The translations under genes and the position numbers were made by a program. A stretch of DNA of 63,723 nt, filler included. It is 4 parts of 4 records of this genome, joined end to end, with 100 filler letters (N's around TTAATTAATTAA, not from the genome) between each part and the next. Parts side by side here need not be neighbours in the genome. Positions count along the whole stretch, not along the records: positions 1 to 18,966 come from SRR20825019_2753; 3 more parts are not named here. One strand, 5' to 3'. Shown one piece after another: positions 1-11,758 of this stretch; within the stretch, counting starts at the first letter, position 1, and each line of letters opens with the position of its first letter. The notes below the pieces were generated by a model. The model saw nothing but the letters and a program-made list of their open reading frames with translations, ran no database searches and had not been told where the DNA came from.

Positions 1-415
1 ATCTATTCGCTCGTAAGCCATGCCGATCGTCTCGGGATTTCCGAATGTATATCATGCATAAGTTCAGTGATTGCAACAAAGAGGAAGACCTCTCAATTGT
101 CCTAACAGTCGAATGACGCTGAATGCGCACATCTGGCTATCATGGGTCACCGTATATATGACATGGACTACTTCATTGCCATCCTCACCAGCATCTTGAC
201 TAGTTATCCATTTGCCACTAACAGTGGATCTCGCGGGATCAAAGAAACAAATTTTGAGTCATTAGGAGAGGTCCAAGAAACGATGCTCATTTCAGTTAAA
301 GCAGCCCGACGTTAGGGGAAACGCGCTAACTTTCTCGCATGAATAAACGGGCCAACACTGGGCTCCGCCACTGCAGTATTGGGTATGCGGTCGGGGGACA
401 TCGATAGGGTCCATT

Positions 416-2593
416 CTACGCATGTCTGATCTCGGCTTCCACGTCAATACCATCGCCTCTTTTCCCCTCGCGTGTCACGATGAGTGTGCTGATGTAGTCC
501 CGAACGACTATGAGGACGCAACTGAGAATTCGGAAAGTTATACGGAGTGGACACACAACAGCAGGAACCCTCAACACACCTCAGTAACCCAATGCTCGCC
601 AGAGAAGCAAAGAAGATTTCGACAACAGCGTAGCTCCGCTGAGTCCAACTCAGAATAGTCGCCACGACCAGAGGGATTACCACCAACGAAGTGTTGAGGC
701 ACGATGTGGAGAGGCCGTAAGCCAATCCAAGGTGTTCACTGGCGACACAAAATGATATCGATGGCCACACCGTGGCTGCATTGCCAGAATAAGATATGCC
801 CAGGAGCGGGAAGATTACATATGGAGTCAAACTTGTCGTTGAAGCCATCATTGCGTGGCATAGAACCACGCCGCATGATGCGATAAGGAAAACGAACGCC
901 TTCATGCTTCCCCATATGTCTATGATAACCCCAAGGATTGGCACCAAGAATGTGGATATCAGGTCTGGAATGGCCATTACTTGGCCGGCAGTCTTGGCAT
1001 CATTGGCAAAGTACCGGGTCTGTAACAGGTCGGATGCAATTGCGTTGAAGGGAACTATAGTTCCGTATTGACATACTACAATCACGAGGAGGAGCCAGAA
1101 GGTCAATGGTAGTGACCTCATCGGCTTTAACAGTCCCCTGCTCTCGCTCTGCTTGGAAGGACCTTCCGAGTTGGTATCTAGTAATGGCTCGTCGGCTTCG
1201 GTCCTTCGCCCACAGGATTCACCCTCCACCATAGAAGATATGGTCATGGCACCCAGGCTCGCCAGGCATGCCACCACGGAAACTCCACAGCCCACCCAGA
1301 ACACAGCTGGGACACCGTACCGGTCGGCTACGACTGGGCTTAAGATATCATTGAGCACTACGCCCACCCTCGACAGAGAAAGGGTCAGTCCGATGGCGAG
1401 CGATGTCCATTTGTGACGGAACCACCGGGCGACAGTCTGGGTCTGGATGACTGCACAAGCATCTATCGTCAGGCATCGGTCAACAACTGGATGCGCTGTC
1501 ATCCCATACCTACAAAGATCTCGCCTCCAAGACCGAATAATACCCTCCCACCAATGGTCAAATGAAGCGACTTCAACTGAACACCACACGCTAACAGAGC
1601 CTAACCAACAGTCAGCGCATCCCATCCGTGGGTCGGCCCCACTGGTCCATTATGCCCACCTGGCCAAACACGAATGCTGCACTAACGACGGCGGTTGTCG
1701 GACCCACACCAAATCGATCCAGGAAGAATCCGCCCGCGAACGGAAGAACGGTGTTAGGGAGGGAGTAGACGCTGTAGAGCAGGTTGTAGAGATACTCAGC
1801 AGTGTCGGGGTTGTCACTGTGGACAGTCATCAGCACGTTTTCCACCCAGAATGGATTGTGCCGGCAATTAACGATGAACCCACCTCAGCCGTGCCTTGAG
1901 GGCAACATTCACGGGGGCTGGGCAGTCGTATGCATAGAGGTTCCCGACCAACGCGACGCAGCACAGAGCGAGGATGAGCCACTTGATCAACCAATGCGCT
2001 TTCTCCCCTGGCGACTCGTCCGGTGGAGGCATGCTCTGGCAGCGGTACATCAGACACATCTACACTTCCAGTCCCCCATCAAGTCTCTTACCCCATGACT
2101 TGACATTCTGCGCTTCTGCGCTGCTTCCGACTACAAAGTGCGCCTTAGTACAGACTCAACGGCATCCCTGCCCTCCCATTTCCTTTCTTACCAACATTAT
2201 CGCAGCAGCACTCTCTAACCGCATCAATCGAGCCGCCTACGGTGGATCCACTTATTAGTCGTCAGACAGCCACACAGGTGCAACGCTACTTACCTGTCGA
2301 AAGGTGATCTGCGACTTGGTAACATCGGAAGAGGAGGAGAACAGCCCCGCTGGTGCCAACGGTAGCTCCGACCTGCAGTTGTACGTGGTGAATATATAGC
2401 GCCTGTGGAGCTAACTGACCGACGAAAACCCTTACGAGCGTCGATATTGTGACCTGAGTACGGTCCCGGGGGCCATAGTGGAGCCACGAATAAGGGGGGC
2501 CGGTGGGCGGGGCCCATCACTCAATGGCTGCAGAAGGGTGCCAGGAGCAGTCTGGCTCCGCAGTAGGTCCGGGCGGGCGCCCAAGGTAGTCAT
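416..2593 (-). CDS. Multi-exon MFS transporter, MFSD1 (lysosomal dipeptide transporter)-like
   Basis: Spliced ORF fragments give GNLYAYDCPAPV, YNLLYSVYSLPNTVLPFAGGFFLDRFG, QTQTVARWF and LGLAYGLSTSCLN, plus many TM helices. In-frame GT-AG introns (e.g. 2060-2091, 2403-2435) extend the model to ATG 2593. Stop TAG at 416-418 follows the last intron. The 5' extension is less certain than the core. Confidence 0.85.
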
Positions 2594-2699
2594 CGTGTCC
2601 GACGTGGCCAGTGGTGCCCTAAAGAGAGGTATGTACATACATATGTCGGTGTGAAGGGCCACAGCGCCTCGTCGATCGCCCCAGCTAAACTCGGTGCCG

Positions 2700-3500
2700 T
2701 CCGCACGGCCCAACCCCGCCGGACCGTGGGAGTTACGCTGAAGGCCCCGGTCAAAGTGGACAGCGGGGGGTGCCCAGCCGACGGAACTTGACACTGCCGC
2801 CGGGCGGGGCTGACAGCCTCTCACCGCCGGCCGGGCGCCGGGACAGGGCGGGCGCGGGCGGCCCGCGGCCCGGCGGGGCGCCGACACTGGATCCTCGACG
2901 ACTCCGGAGACGGACCCGGCAGTCCGGCCGCCGCCGCGCGGCGCGGCGCGCCGAGCCACCCACCGTCACCGCGGCGGGTCCGGTCCGGCGAGGCTGTCTG
3001 ACGAACCTTCGGACCCTGAATCCGATCGACTTTGTCAGTTCCATGGCGACGGTTGAGGCGAACACCCGCCAACGACCCGTCACTGCGCAGAATCGCAAAT
3101 TCCGATATACTTCCGGTAATCGTACTCGGTTTCATTTCAGGAGTCACGACTCCAAACAGTCGACCGACCGGCGGCCGCCAGCCGGCGGCGTTCAGAGGTG
3201 GACTACAGCGGGCGCGCCGCGATGATTCAGCCGCGGCACGGCCCGGCCCGGGGCCGGCGCCCCGCCGGGGCCGCCCCGGGCGTCGCCGCCGCGCCCGGCG
3301 AGCCGGGACTGAAGAGCAGCGGGCAGGCAATGAGAGGTGGCCCCAACTGTTGCCTCCATGGTGGCCACGGCTCCAGTCCGGCCCGCTGGGCACCGGCCGA
3401 GCGAACTGACTCACCTGTCTCGGCCGCCGCGCCCCGGCCCACGACGCCAACTCGGGCTGCCAGACCGCGGGGGCCTGCCGCTGACGGTCGTGAGAACGAG
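2700..3500. promoter_or_regulatory. GC-rich (CpG-island-like) bidirectional promoter region between the MFS gene and TIM10
   Basis: Dense GGCC/CCGG/GCGC sequence between two divergent start codons. ORFs across it are low-complexity Arg/Pro/Gly/Ala. Confidence 0.5.
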
Positions 3501-3568
3501 CACCTGATGAGTCCATGATAAATTACGAATAAAGGCCCCAACATAAAAAATCGTGTGGAACATACGCA

Positions 3569-3931
3569 ATGTTCAGGCCGCCACAGCAGCAACAGCAGGC
3601 TCAGCAGCAGGCCCAAATGGCTGCCCAGCAGGAAATGATGGCTATTACTGATTTGTACTCAAGGTAGGGAGCATGTGAAGGCCCACGGCTTTCTGTTGAC
3701 TCTTGCTTTGATAAGGATGCAGGAGAAATGCTATCAGAAGTGCATCGGGAGACTGGGTGAGGCTGAACTTTCTATCGGGGAGACCCAGTGCATCGACAGG
3801 TACCTTTTATATCAAAGCTCACACCGCGCCTCTGATGGAATTATTTTTGCAGGTGCGTTGCCAAGTACCTCGAGGTTCACACCATGGTAGGGGGGAAGCT
3901 TAGTGGGCAGGAGACACCTTTTAAGAAGTGA
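3569..3931 (+). CDS. TIM10: Mitochondrial small Tim chaperone Tim10 (3 exons)
   Basis: Spliced product MFRPPQQ...EMMAITDLYSR|MQEKCYQKCIGRLGEAELSIGETQCIDR|CVAKYLEVHTMVG has twin CX3C motifs. Two GT-AG introns of about 50 nt. Confidence 0.9.
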
Positions 3932-4003
3932 ACTCCCTGACCAACTTCATACGTTGTGTGGCCTCATATAACTTGAAGAATTCGTATGCTCGAACAATCT
4001 TTC

Positions 4004-5572
4004 TCAAATCTTCAACAGACCGTCAGTGATTGACGACTTGCCACTCTTGCTCTTCGGAGTTTGTGACACGGTTCTAGCCTGGGGCGTTGACCGTATTGTT
4101 GACATACGCCCTGGAGTAGCCCGAAGGCCAGTACCACCGCCATATGTACTCCGGAGGGCATCACCAAACTCTGTAGAGTGGCCAGCCTTCATTCCCATGT
4201 TTTTCCGCAGCAGCTGCAACGCAGGAGAGTCACGCACAGGAGTTGCACCTGCCCGAAACAATGGTGTTCCAGCCGGCCGTGCATAGGGGGATGCCTGGTA
4301 AAAAAAGACTGGTCAGAGGGAGGAATGCACTACACTACATAAGCAAACCACTTACCGCCACTCTTCCCGCCTTGCTGTTCCTGTTCTTCGTTGCCTTGTC
4401 AGCAAGATTATGGCTCAGCTGTTCACGACGGGGGGTGTTCTTGATTGTAAACTTCGGGCCTTCATCCTCGTTATGGAGAAGAACCGGGGTGCTCTCAATT
4501 TCTCCCCACGTGATCATAGGAGACTGCAACACAAGCACACAGTCAGCTCGGCATCACCTTATCCGCGCGCTTCCCGCACGAAACACACATCGTAACTTAC
4601 CTCGCCTCCATCTCCCGGAGTCGGGGAAGGCGTACGAACGTAGCGATATCCCCCCACACGTGGCGACTCGCTCACAGTGCTGCCGGGTGTTTGCTGCCTC
4701 ATGGCCTTTCGCTTGGCAGCCTCGTCCTCCTTCGGCATTCGAGTATTCGCCGCCTTGACCTGCTTGGGAGGCCCGCGGTTCGCATATCCGTCCTTCGCGT
4801 GAGAAGGACCATCAGGATACCACATCAGATGGCTCTGTGCCGTGTATCGCCACGTGGCGTTTTGGCCAGTCGAATCAGCAGGCGCCTCGCCCTTCTCCTT
4901 CAGCAGATAGAGCTCCCTATTCTTCTCCTCGAGCTGCTTGGCTTTCTCATTCATCCATTCACGCTGTTGTCTTAGCTTGGACTTGCTCGCCTCGTACACC
5001 CGTTCAAACGAGACGTTATCCTCGCTAGTATAGTTGGACAGGAACTTGTCCAGGCTGACGTCGGTGCGAATTCCTTCAAACTTTCCACCGCGTTCTTCTC
5101 TAGGGTCATGTGCAGCCTGACTACCGCCACCCTCTCCGTCGGCAGGATGGACAAGAGGTGTTTCAAAGTCTCTGCGCATTGTACTTGGGCGCCTCGCGTT
5201 TTCGTTCTGGAGGGCACGAATTGCACTACCATCTTCAGACTCAAGGGCCTCCAGCCACGCAAGTTTCTTTTCCAACTCTGGAAGGTCCGGGAAGAAATCT
5301 CTTTGAATAATCTTTTCGAGTGCTGAGGAGTACGTATCCTCATCCAAAACCTTCTTAGCCGGCCGTGGGGGCGGAGGCGGCATTGAGTTCCAGTTGGTTC
5401 TTGACTTCAATGTTATTGCAGACTCTGGCACTATTGGTGCTTCTTTGGCGGGCATGCCCGCCGTCCTCAGAGTGGCGCCCTCAGAAATTACAGGCGTTTT
5501 TGGCTGTGAACGAGGCCCAAGCCCATGATCGCCCGACAGAGCAACAACCTTACCCTTGTCAGAATTGCTCAT
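4004..5572 (-). CDS. ESS2: Splicing factor ESS-2/DGCR14 (Es2) homolog, multi-exon
   Basis: Motifs KVLDEDTYSSALEKIIQRDFFPDL, SLDKFLSNYTSEDNVSF, SPRVGGYRYVRTPSPTPG and SPMITWGEIESTP occur across ORFs 4559-5572, 4335-4538 and 4004-4261. Confidence 0.9.
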
Positions 5573-5679
5573 GTCTCCATTTCACGTTAAGAAGAGTTGT
5601 GGCATCGTGGGCAGCCCATACTTGAGCACTTAAGTTAGCTACCGCCACCGAACGTGCGTCGTTCCGGTCCCTACTGGGG

Positions 5680-6270
5680 CTCCGAGCCGCGACCGTGCGG
5701 TGCCCCCCCCTGCCCCCCCCCCCGGCCCGCCCGGCCCGCGTGTCGGCCGGGGCGGGCCACCCCGGCCAGCCTGGGGGCCCGGCGCGGGCCCCGGCAATGA
5801 CCGGGAACCGGAACCGCCGGACCGGAACCGAACGGTCTGCTCCCACTGGCCCGGGCCCGGCGGCACTCGACCGGACGGGACCGTGGGGCCGCGGGGGCGA
5901 CCGTACGGTACCCAGGCCGGGCCGGGGCGGCCAGCGTCAGTCAGGCGCGGGGGCCGGCGCCGGTGACTGAGCCGGCTTGGGGGCGCCCCGCGGGTGCCAC
6001 ACGGTGGGCCGGCCGGGCGGGCGGCCGCCGGCGGGGCCGCCGTCCTTTATGCGGCAGGGGTGCGGTGGCCGGGCCGGCACTGCCTCACTCCCGCGGGGCA
6101 TGCAGGGTCGATGGAGGCCCGGCCGGGGCCGGCCCCTGTTACCCCCCGGTCGGGTCAGTATCCTCATGTCCCGGTCCGTGTGTGCCACAGGCTGCACGCG
6201 GCGGTCGGGGGTGACTGACGTGGACGTTGGTCGGGTGGCGGCTCCATCCGTCCCGCCGCCGCCGCCCCCC
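5680..6270. promoter_or_regulatory. GC-rich island between divergent genes
   Basis: Very high GC and CpG-rich, directly upstream of the ESS2 start. Confidence 0.45.
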
Positions 6271-6302
6271 TTGATGTATGTGTTCCGCGTTAAAAACGGA
6301 GG

Positions 6303-7105
6303 ATGACCTCGTTCTGGTTCAAGTAGTGGCCTGTGTCTTGACATGCAACAGGAACCGTTGCGAGTGTTGGTCAGGGTGTCTTGGCCGCGGCCAAAGATTT
6401 CAGCGGCGCAGGAGCAACAACCTGTAGCTTCTCATCACTCTCCTGCTCCGTCGGCACCTGCTGTGTCCACCGACGCACTCACGCCCACTGCGTCACCTCA
6501 TGTGCCTGCGGTGGATAGGGCTTCTCTCGTCTCCGAGGCAACGCCCACACGGCCCTCTGCCCATGAAAGCGGACAGGTCCTTGATGGCGTCCCTGACGAG
6601 GTACGTGTAGTGTTCCGCCAAGTGGCCGTAACTAATGTACGTTGCAGACTGCGCGTTCAGTTGGGAGCTCAACCGACTCGAATGACAGTCCGGCCAACTC
6701 GACCGAAGATGTAATTGAACTGAAAGTGATATGCGGGGAAAACTCATATCTGATGCCTTTCCAACAGCTGCAACAGTCCATTGCCTCCATGGCTTTCCTT
6801 CCTACTGGGGCAACTCAAGTAGGAGTGCCGGCACTGCATGCAGACAAGGGGAACCCGGATTCCGCTGTGGTTGGTGTACTGATTCGTGAGGGCATACCAA
6901 TGATTCTAACTCTGACTTCTAGACTGCACAGCCTAGTGTGACACCTATAACCAATGCCTTCGCACCGTGGGTATCCATTGCAATATCCCACGAAACGAGT
7001 GTTACTAACTCGTCGCTCCAGGTCAGACTCAGTATCCCAATCGGCGTTGGAAGATGCCTTCTTGTCTATGGCGGAAAATGATATGGAGAGCCTGAACCGA
7101 ACATA
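6303..7105 (+). CDS. Hypothetical multi-exon protein (boundaries approximate)
   Basis: Successive + ORFs (6343-6714, 6642-6941) can be linked by short GT-AG introns, e.g. gtacgt...ttgcag at 6601-6647. No recognisable domain. Confidence 0.35.
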
Positions 7106-7515
7106 GAGCATATAATCTACCATATCGAGCACAATATCCCATCAAATGTTCCTAACCCTGCATGTTTATGCGATAGAAATGAAGGTTGTCCTTTGAGCAC
7201 CAGAGGTTGATGATGCTGATTTCTTGGCGTCCAAGAACTTGATCCCCGTTGCCTGAAGTAAAGAAAACTTTCGTCTTAGACAAATTGAGATTCTGCACAA
7301 TGAGACTTTTCATACCGCATCACCAAACACAGAACAGTCTGCAGGAGCCATAACATCCGCGGCGGCGTTCGCGTCGCCAGCACCACCTCTCTCAACTTCC
7401 GGAAGCTTGCAAACCACATATTGCTGGGTATTCCCAATAGCAACTGGGGATGCAGAAGATACCTACACAACAAACACTTTAGATTCTAATAATCATGAGT
7501 TGACAAAGTGGAGTA

Positions 7516-8253
7516 TCAAACCTTGCTGTTTGCCTTTGCGGCACTAATAGCCTTCTCCAAGTTCACTATGCTCATAAGCGACCGTTGTGACACAAACGAG
7601 CTCTCCTCGCTCTTGTTCAGCACGTCACGAGCGGCTGAATCGGAAATCCAAGCGGAGCACTCCATCTTCATGCGGACAGCGTACAAGGTGTTGGACTCGC
7701 TTGGCTTATTGCCGCGACACACCGTAAAAGTAGGGTCCATACGAGTGGGGTCGCCAGAGGCATCTTCTGCACTCTTCAGTTTCATGACGTAGTTATTCCC
7801 GAGATAGTCCACAATTCCCCCCTTGTCCAAATAAGGCGAGCACACCGCCCCCTTTGGCTGTGTATTCACCGGATTGACACCCCCACCGTCTTGCAAGTGA
7901 CAGCTCACAAACGCTTCCCCATCCTTAACCTCATTCTGGTGCTTGCTGAACAAAGATAGTGTCTTTGAGAAGTGAGAAGATGCAACAAGTTTTGAAGACA
8001 AAATGCCAAGGGCTGCGCTGGGTTTGATCCACTTCGTGCATGATAAGCGGTGTTCATACAGTCCCCCCTTGATTGGTACACCCGAGCCAGCCCCACTCCT
8101 GCACAAGATGATATGCTCCACAGCAATGGGAGTCGCTTTAGCTTCGTCCATCTCAAGAAAGTGCGGCAGCGGTGCTTCTCTTTCAAGCGACCCCAACCTC
8201 GCCGCATGAGCAGAGACTGCGCACAATATAAAGGTTGCAAATAGAACCTTCAT
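7516..8253 (-). CDS. Hypothetical secreted Cys-containing protein
   Basis: Uninterrupted ORF. Signal-peptide-like MKVLFATFILCAVSAHA starts at ATG 8253. Confidence 0.6.
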   Translation of the reverse strand: MKVLFATFILCAVSAHAARLGSLEREAPLPHFLEMDEAKATPIAVEHIILCRSGAGSGVPIKGGLYEHRLSCTKWIKPSAALGILSSKLVASSHFSKTLSLFSKHQNEVKDGEAFVSCHLQDGGGVNPVNTQPKGAVCSPYLDKGGIVDYLGNNYVMKLKSAEDASGDPTRMDPTFTVCRGNKPSESNTLYAVRMKMECSAWISDSAARDVLNKSEESSFVSQRSLMSIVNLEKAISAAKANSKV

Positions 8254-9046
8254 GTTGAGCCTTTCCGAGATTTTACGAGGTGGAAGCGTCACATATACAA
8301 GTTGCCAAGACGCGAATAGCTCACCGCTGTTTCATGGGCCACAGCTACAGTGGTGTGGCAAGGTGGCGGAAGTGCTGATCGCTGCCCTTGCGGCGGCCAA
8401 CCGTGGCTGACAGCAACCTGGTGCCTGTGAGCCTGCTGGCGGACGGATAGTGTTGCCGAGCGCGGCCCGCCGCCCGCGGGGCCGGCCAGTCCGAGGCCGG
8501 CCCGGTCACCGGCACCTGCCCGGCCCAAGCCCGCGACGGGAGCCGGCGCCGGCGTCCATTTCCAGAGCATTCAGTTTATCCGCCCCAACACTCCTGCGCC
8601 CGTGTGTGCCGGACAGAGAGTTGAAAAGAGAGCCAATGAGTAAGCTACGCTATATTGAGATTAATTCGCTATATCAAGTTTTTCAATCATGTACCAAGCG
8701 AATTTCTCAAAATCTACTCATCCTCCATCTCCACTGCTGACCATTACACTCGCAAGAGTCCGGTCTGCTTTCCGCCACGGCCGGCCGGCCCGACGATGAA
8801 TGATTCATGCTCCACCCACTGAACCCTCGCCGGTCACGGTCTTCAGCACCGCCACAACCTGACACCACAAGTCGTCGCGGTGGACCGGCCGTCGCCTAGA
8901 ACAGCCTCTTCACAACACAGTACGCTGCGCTTCCGGCACTAATCTTCTTTTCAACGATCTTTCTTAGGGTGACTTCATGTTACGCAATATATGGATTCCC
9001 GCAAAGCTAAGAGTGAAGAGTTCAGTAGTGACTTGGGGTGGTGAAT

Positions 9047-11026
9047 ATGAGGGCGGCAGTAGGTTGCACGCTGCTGCTGACCTTGTTGGTTGTTGCAGGC
9101 GTCGCAGATGTCACGAATAGTGCGCTCAAGTTGACCGAGGATGACTGGACTGCGGATTTGAGGGACAAGACTAAGAAACTTCCCAAGACGAAGAAGCAAA
9201 AGGCTAACGAAATCTCGTTTCCAAACTTGGGTCCTCCTGTGGATTACAATATGCAAGACGGTCTGGCTGTGACAAATGAAGCAAAAGGAGTCTTCGTGCC
9301 TGGTTGGAATGGTAGCTCCAAAATTCGGGCCCCAAAGGCGTCTAAGAAACTGGTTGAAGGTTTAAGGTATTTGGCGACCCTTAAGCAGGTGGGAAAAGTT
9401 CTCAAGAAGAAGGCTGCCGCGACTGAGCAAGACGCTCTAAAGAATCGCGCTATGATTCGCAAAATCGAAGTACGGGTTAACGAAATCTATGACATTATGA
9501 AGGAGTCAGATCCATTTCGGCAAGTCATGGACCTCAAGCAAAAGTTTGAAATGGTCAATGAGCAGGTGCAACATGCGTATGGAAAACTTGAGAAGGTCAA
9601 GAAGATAGAAATGATGATCAACAAAGCCAAGCTTACCATCAACTTTATGGAGAAGAAGTCAGTTGCCAGAGTGCAGAGGCAAATGCTTAAGCAGAAGCGT
9701 CTTTCTGATGTTATTACCGTGGCGGCGGCAAACGCAGCCAAAATAGGGGATGGCGTGGATAGCCTCAGTAGAAAGGCCGGACACATTCAAAGAAAAGTTA
9801 TTGGTCTTGAACACAAGATGGAGTCTGATAGAGACAGACTGAACAAAATACACACAAAAACGTCCACACTGGCTGATACGCAAGCTGACTATATCAAACA
9901 GCTAATCTCAGAGCAGCAGCAACACGACAGTGTGATAGGTGATCTAGATCTCAAGGTTTCCAAGATGATATCGGGGCGTGCAAGCTTTGAGATGAGAATA
10001 TCAACGTTGATGAGAAACTGGCAACAGAGAATGCTACTTGCTCATAAGAAATTGATAGATGAAGAGTTCCGGGTACAAACTCTGCGCCTGAAGTCAAGTC
10101 TCAAGCAATATGAGAATGAGATTATGGATGAGCTCGAGGACTTCGTGTCATCCCGTTTCAATCTAAAGATTGGAGAATTGGAAGACGTTGTGCGCGCTGA
10201 GGTGAGAAGGGAACTCTCGGCAGAGTATGGTGATGAGACAACAGAGGAGGCCGAGACACAGCATGACCTGCCAAAGGAAGATACGCTGAAAGAAGGATGG
10301 CTTTTCCCTAAGGAGTCACCGGAGCAGGTAGCGGCGGCTCATAAGAAGAGGGAAGAGAAGGTCTCCGAGACCATAAAGAAGGAGTCCGCAGAGGGGAAAG
10401 TAAGCGCATCAGAAGCAACCAAGGCTGCCGACACTGCCGACGCTGCCGATACGGGCGAAGAGGGTGCTGGATGCCCAAAATCCGACAAACCCACATATGA
10501 GTTGCCTAACCTTGGTACCGGTAAGAAGAGATGCACTTGTATTGATCTTCAGTCTACGGCAACCATGCTCCTGCAAGAAGATGAGTCTAGCGGGGGTAAG
10601 GTATCAAAGGGTAAAATAAGTAAGAGTGTCGGAGCAAAGAAAGCCACGGGTGATGATCCAGGAGATCCCAACTCCATCTTGTCCGAAGTTGATCAAGAAC
10701 TGAACCTTGCAGAGACTTCAAGCAAGAATGATGGTGATGACACCGCAAAGGTGGCAGGGAGCTTGGAGGACTTCGAAAACGACACTGAGGGACAAGGTAG
10801 GGTTGGGACGTTGTCTACATATTCGGTGACATCTCACACTCTGCCTTCCACAGATCCACCTTCCAAAGTGCCTAAGCCTGAGAAGAAGGACACGATGCTG
10901 TCTACATTGCAGGGACAGATCAATGATCCGGCCGCGAAAAAGATGATTTGCTACTGTCCTGATGATGATATTGACGATCTTGCGGGTCAGCCTGGTGCTA
11001 AGGACTCTGGTGATGCGACGATGTAA
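9047..11026 (+). CDS. Hypothetical secreted coiled-coil protein with acidic C-terminus
   Basis: ORF of about 660 aa with signal-peptide-like MRAAVGCTLLLTLLVVAGVA and a long K/E-rich heptad region. Confidence 0.7.
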   Translation: MRAAVGCTLLLTLLVVAGVADVTNSALKLTEDDWTADLRDKTKKLPKTKKQKANEISFPNLGPPVDYNMQDGLAVTNEAKGVFVPGWNGSSKIRAPKASKKLVEGLRYLATLKQVGKVLKKKAAATEQDALKNRAMIRKIEVRVNEIYDIMKESDPFRQVMDLKQKFEMVNEQVQHAYGKLEKVKKIEMMINKAKLTINFMEKKSVARVQRQMLKQKRLSDVITVAAANAAKIGDGVDSLSRKAGHIQRKVIGLEHKMESDRDRLNKIHTKTSTLADTQADYIKQLISEQQQHDSVIGDLDLKVSKMISGRASFEMRISTLMRNWQQRMLLAHKKLIDEEFRVQTLRLKSSLKQYENEIMDELEDFVSSRFNLKIGELEDVVRAEVRRELSAEYGDETTEEAETQHDLPKEDTLKEGWLFPKESPEQVAAAHKKREEKVSETIKKESAEGKVSASEATKAADTADAADTGEEGAGCPKSDKPTYELPNLGTGKKRCTCIDLQSTATMLLQEDESSGGKVSKGKISKSVGAKKATGDDPGDPNSILSEVDQELNLAETSSKNDGDDTAKVAGSLEDFENDTEGQGRVGTLSTYSVTSHTLPSTDPPSKVPKPEKKDTMLSTLQGQINDPAAKKMICYCPDDDIDDLAGQPGAKDSGDATM

Positions 11027-11758
11027 CCAGACCATGATCAGGGACTGAATGCGTTAGGCGCTGCCAGTTTGCCCCTTGTAGCGCGGCAGGAAATATATGT
11101 TACACGGTTGTGTCATATATCGGGTTACATGATGCCATATCCTGCCTCCCAGACAGTTAAATGCGCTTGCCGTATTGAGCGGGGAATCCGGGATGGCTGG
11201 GCTCTGCAGCAGCTTTTGCCGTAACAATAAAAACCCACGTTTACAATCTCGGGCAATAATCAGATATCATATATCCCATGGTTACCCTAACTTAGAAATA
11301 GACCGTTAAGAGCCACCGCACTCGGGCCGGCGGCGGCCCCGGCCCCCGGCGGGCCGCCGACCTGCCCCGGCGGCCCGGCCGGCCCGGCCCGCGGCCGGCG
11401 GGGGCCGCGCGGCCCGGCGCCGGGCCCGTCCGCGGCGACGGAGCCCCGCCGGCGGGCGCCCGGCCGGGCCCGGGCGGCCGCGCTGGCGGCGGCACGCCCC
11501 GACCGCCCGCCCTGCGGGGCGCCGCCCACCGCACCGCGGCGGCCAGCCGGCCCGGGGCGCGGCCTGGCAGCTGGACCGGGTCCCGACTTCAGTCGTGCTG
11601 GGCCACACCCGGACTCCCGAGTCGGCACCGTGAGCCGGAGGGTACGCGCGCTTTGGGGCGCGACGTCGCCCAACGGTAGGATCTCCATCTTGTACGCTCT
11701 GCAACACTTCTAATTCATCCTTAGGCGGGTGTCCCATACCACCGCAGGCTGAATAAAT

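Noticed and set aside
2288-2300. TACTTACCTG resembling the 5' end of U1 snRNA
   Set aside because: There is no U1 loop II (AUUGCAC) or clear Sm site downstream. It is the reverse complement of a CAG|GTAAGT donor site in the minus-strand MFS gene.
2751-3616. Many overlapping Arg/Pro/Gly/Ala-rich ORFs in GC islands (also 5559-6344, 11287-11737, 41245-42159, 57258-57729)
   Set aside because: These are stop-codon-poor artefacts of extreme GC content, with no domain signal.
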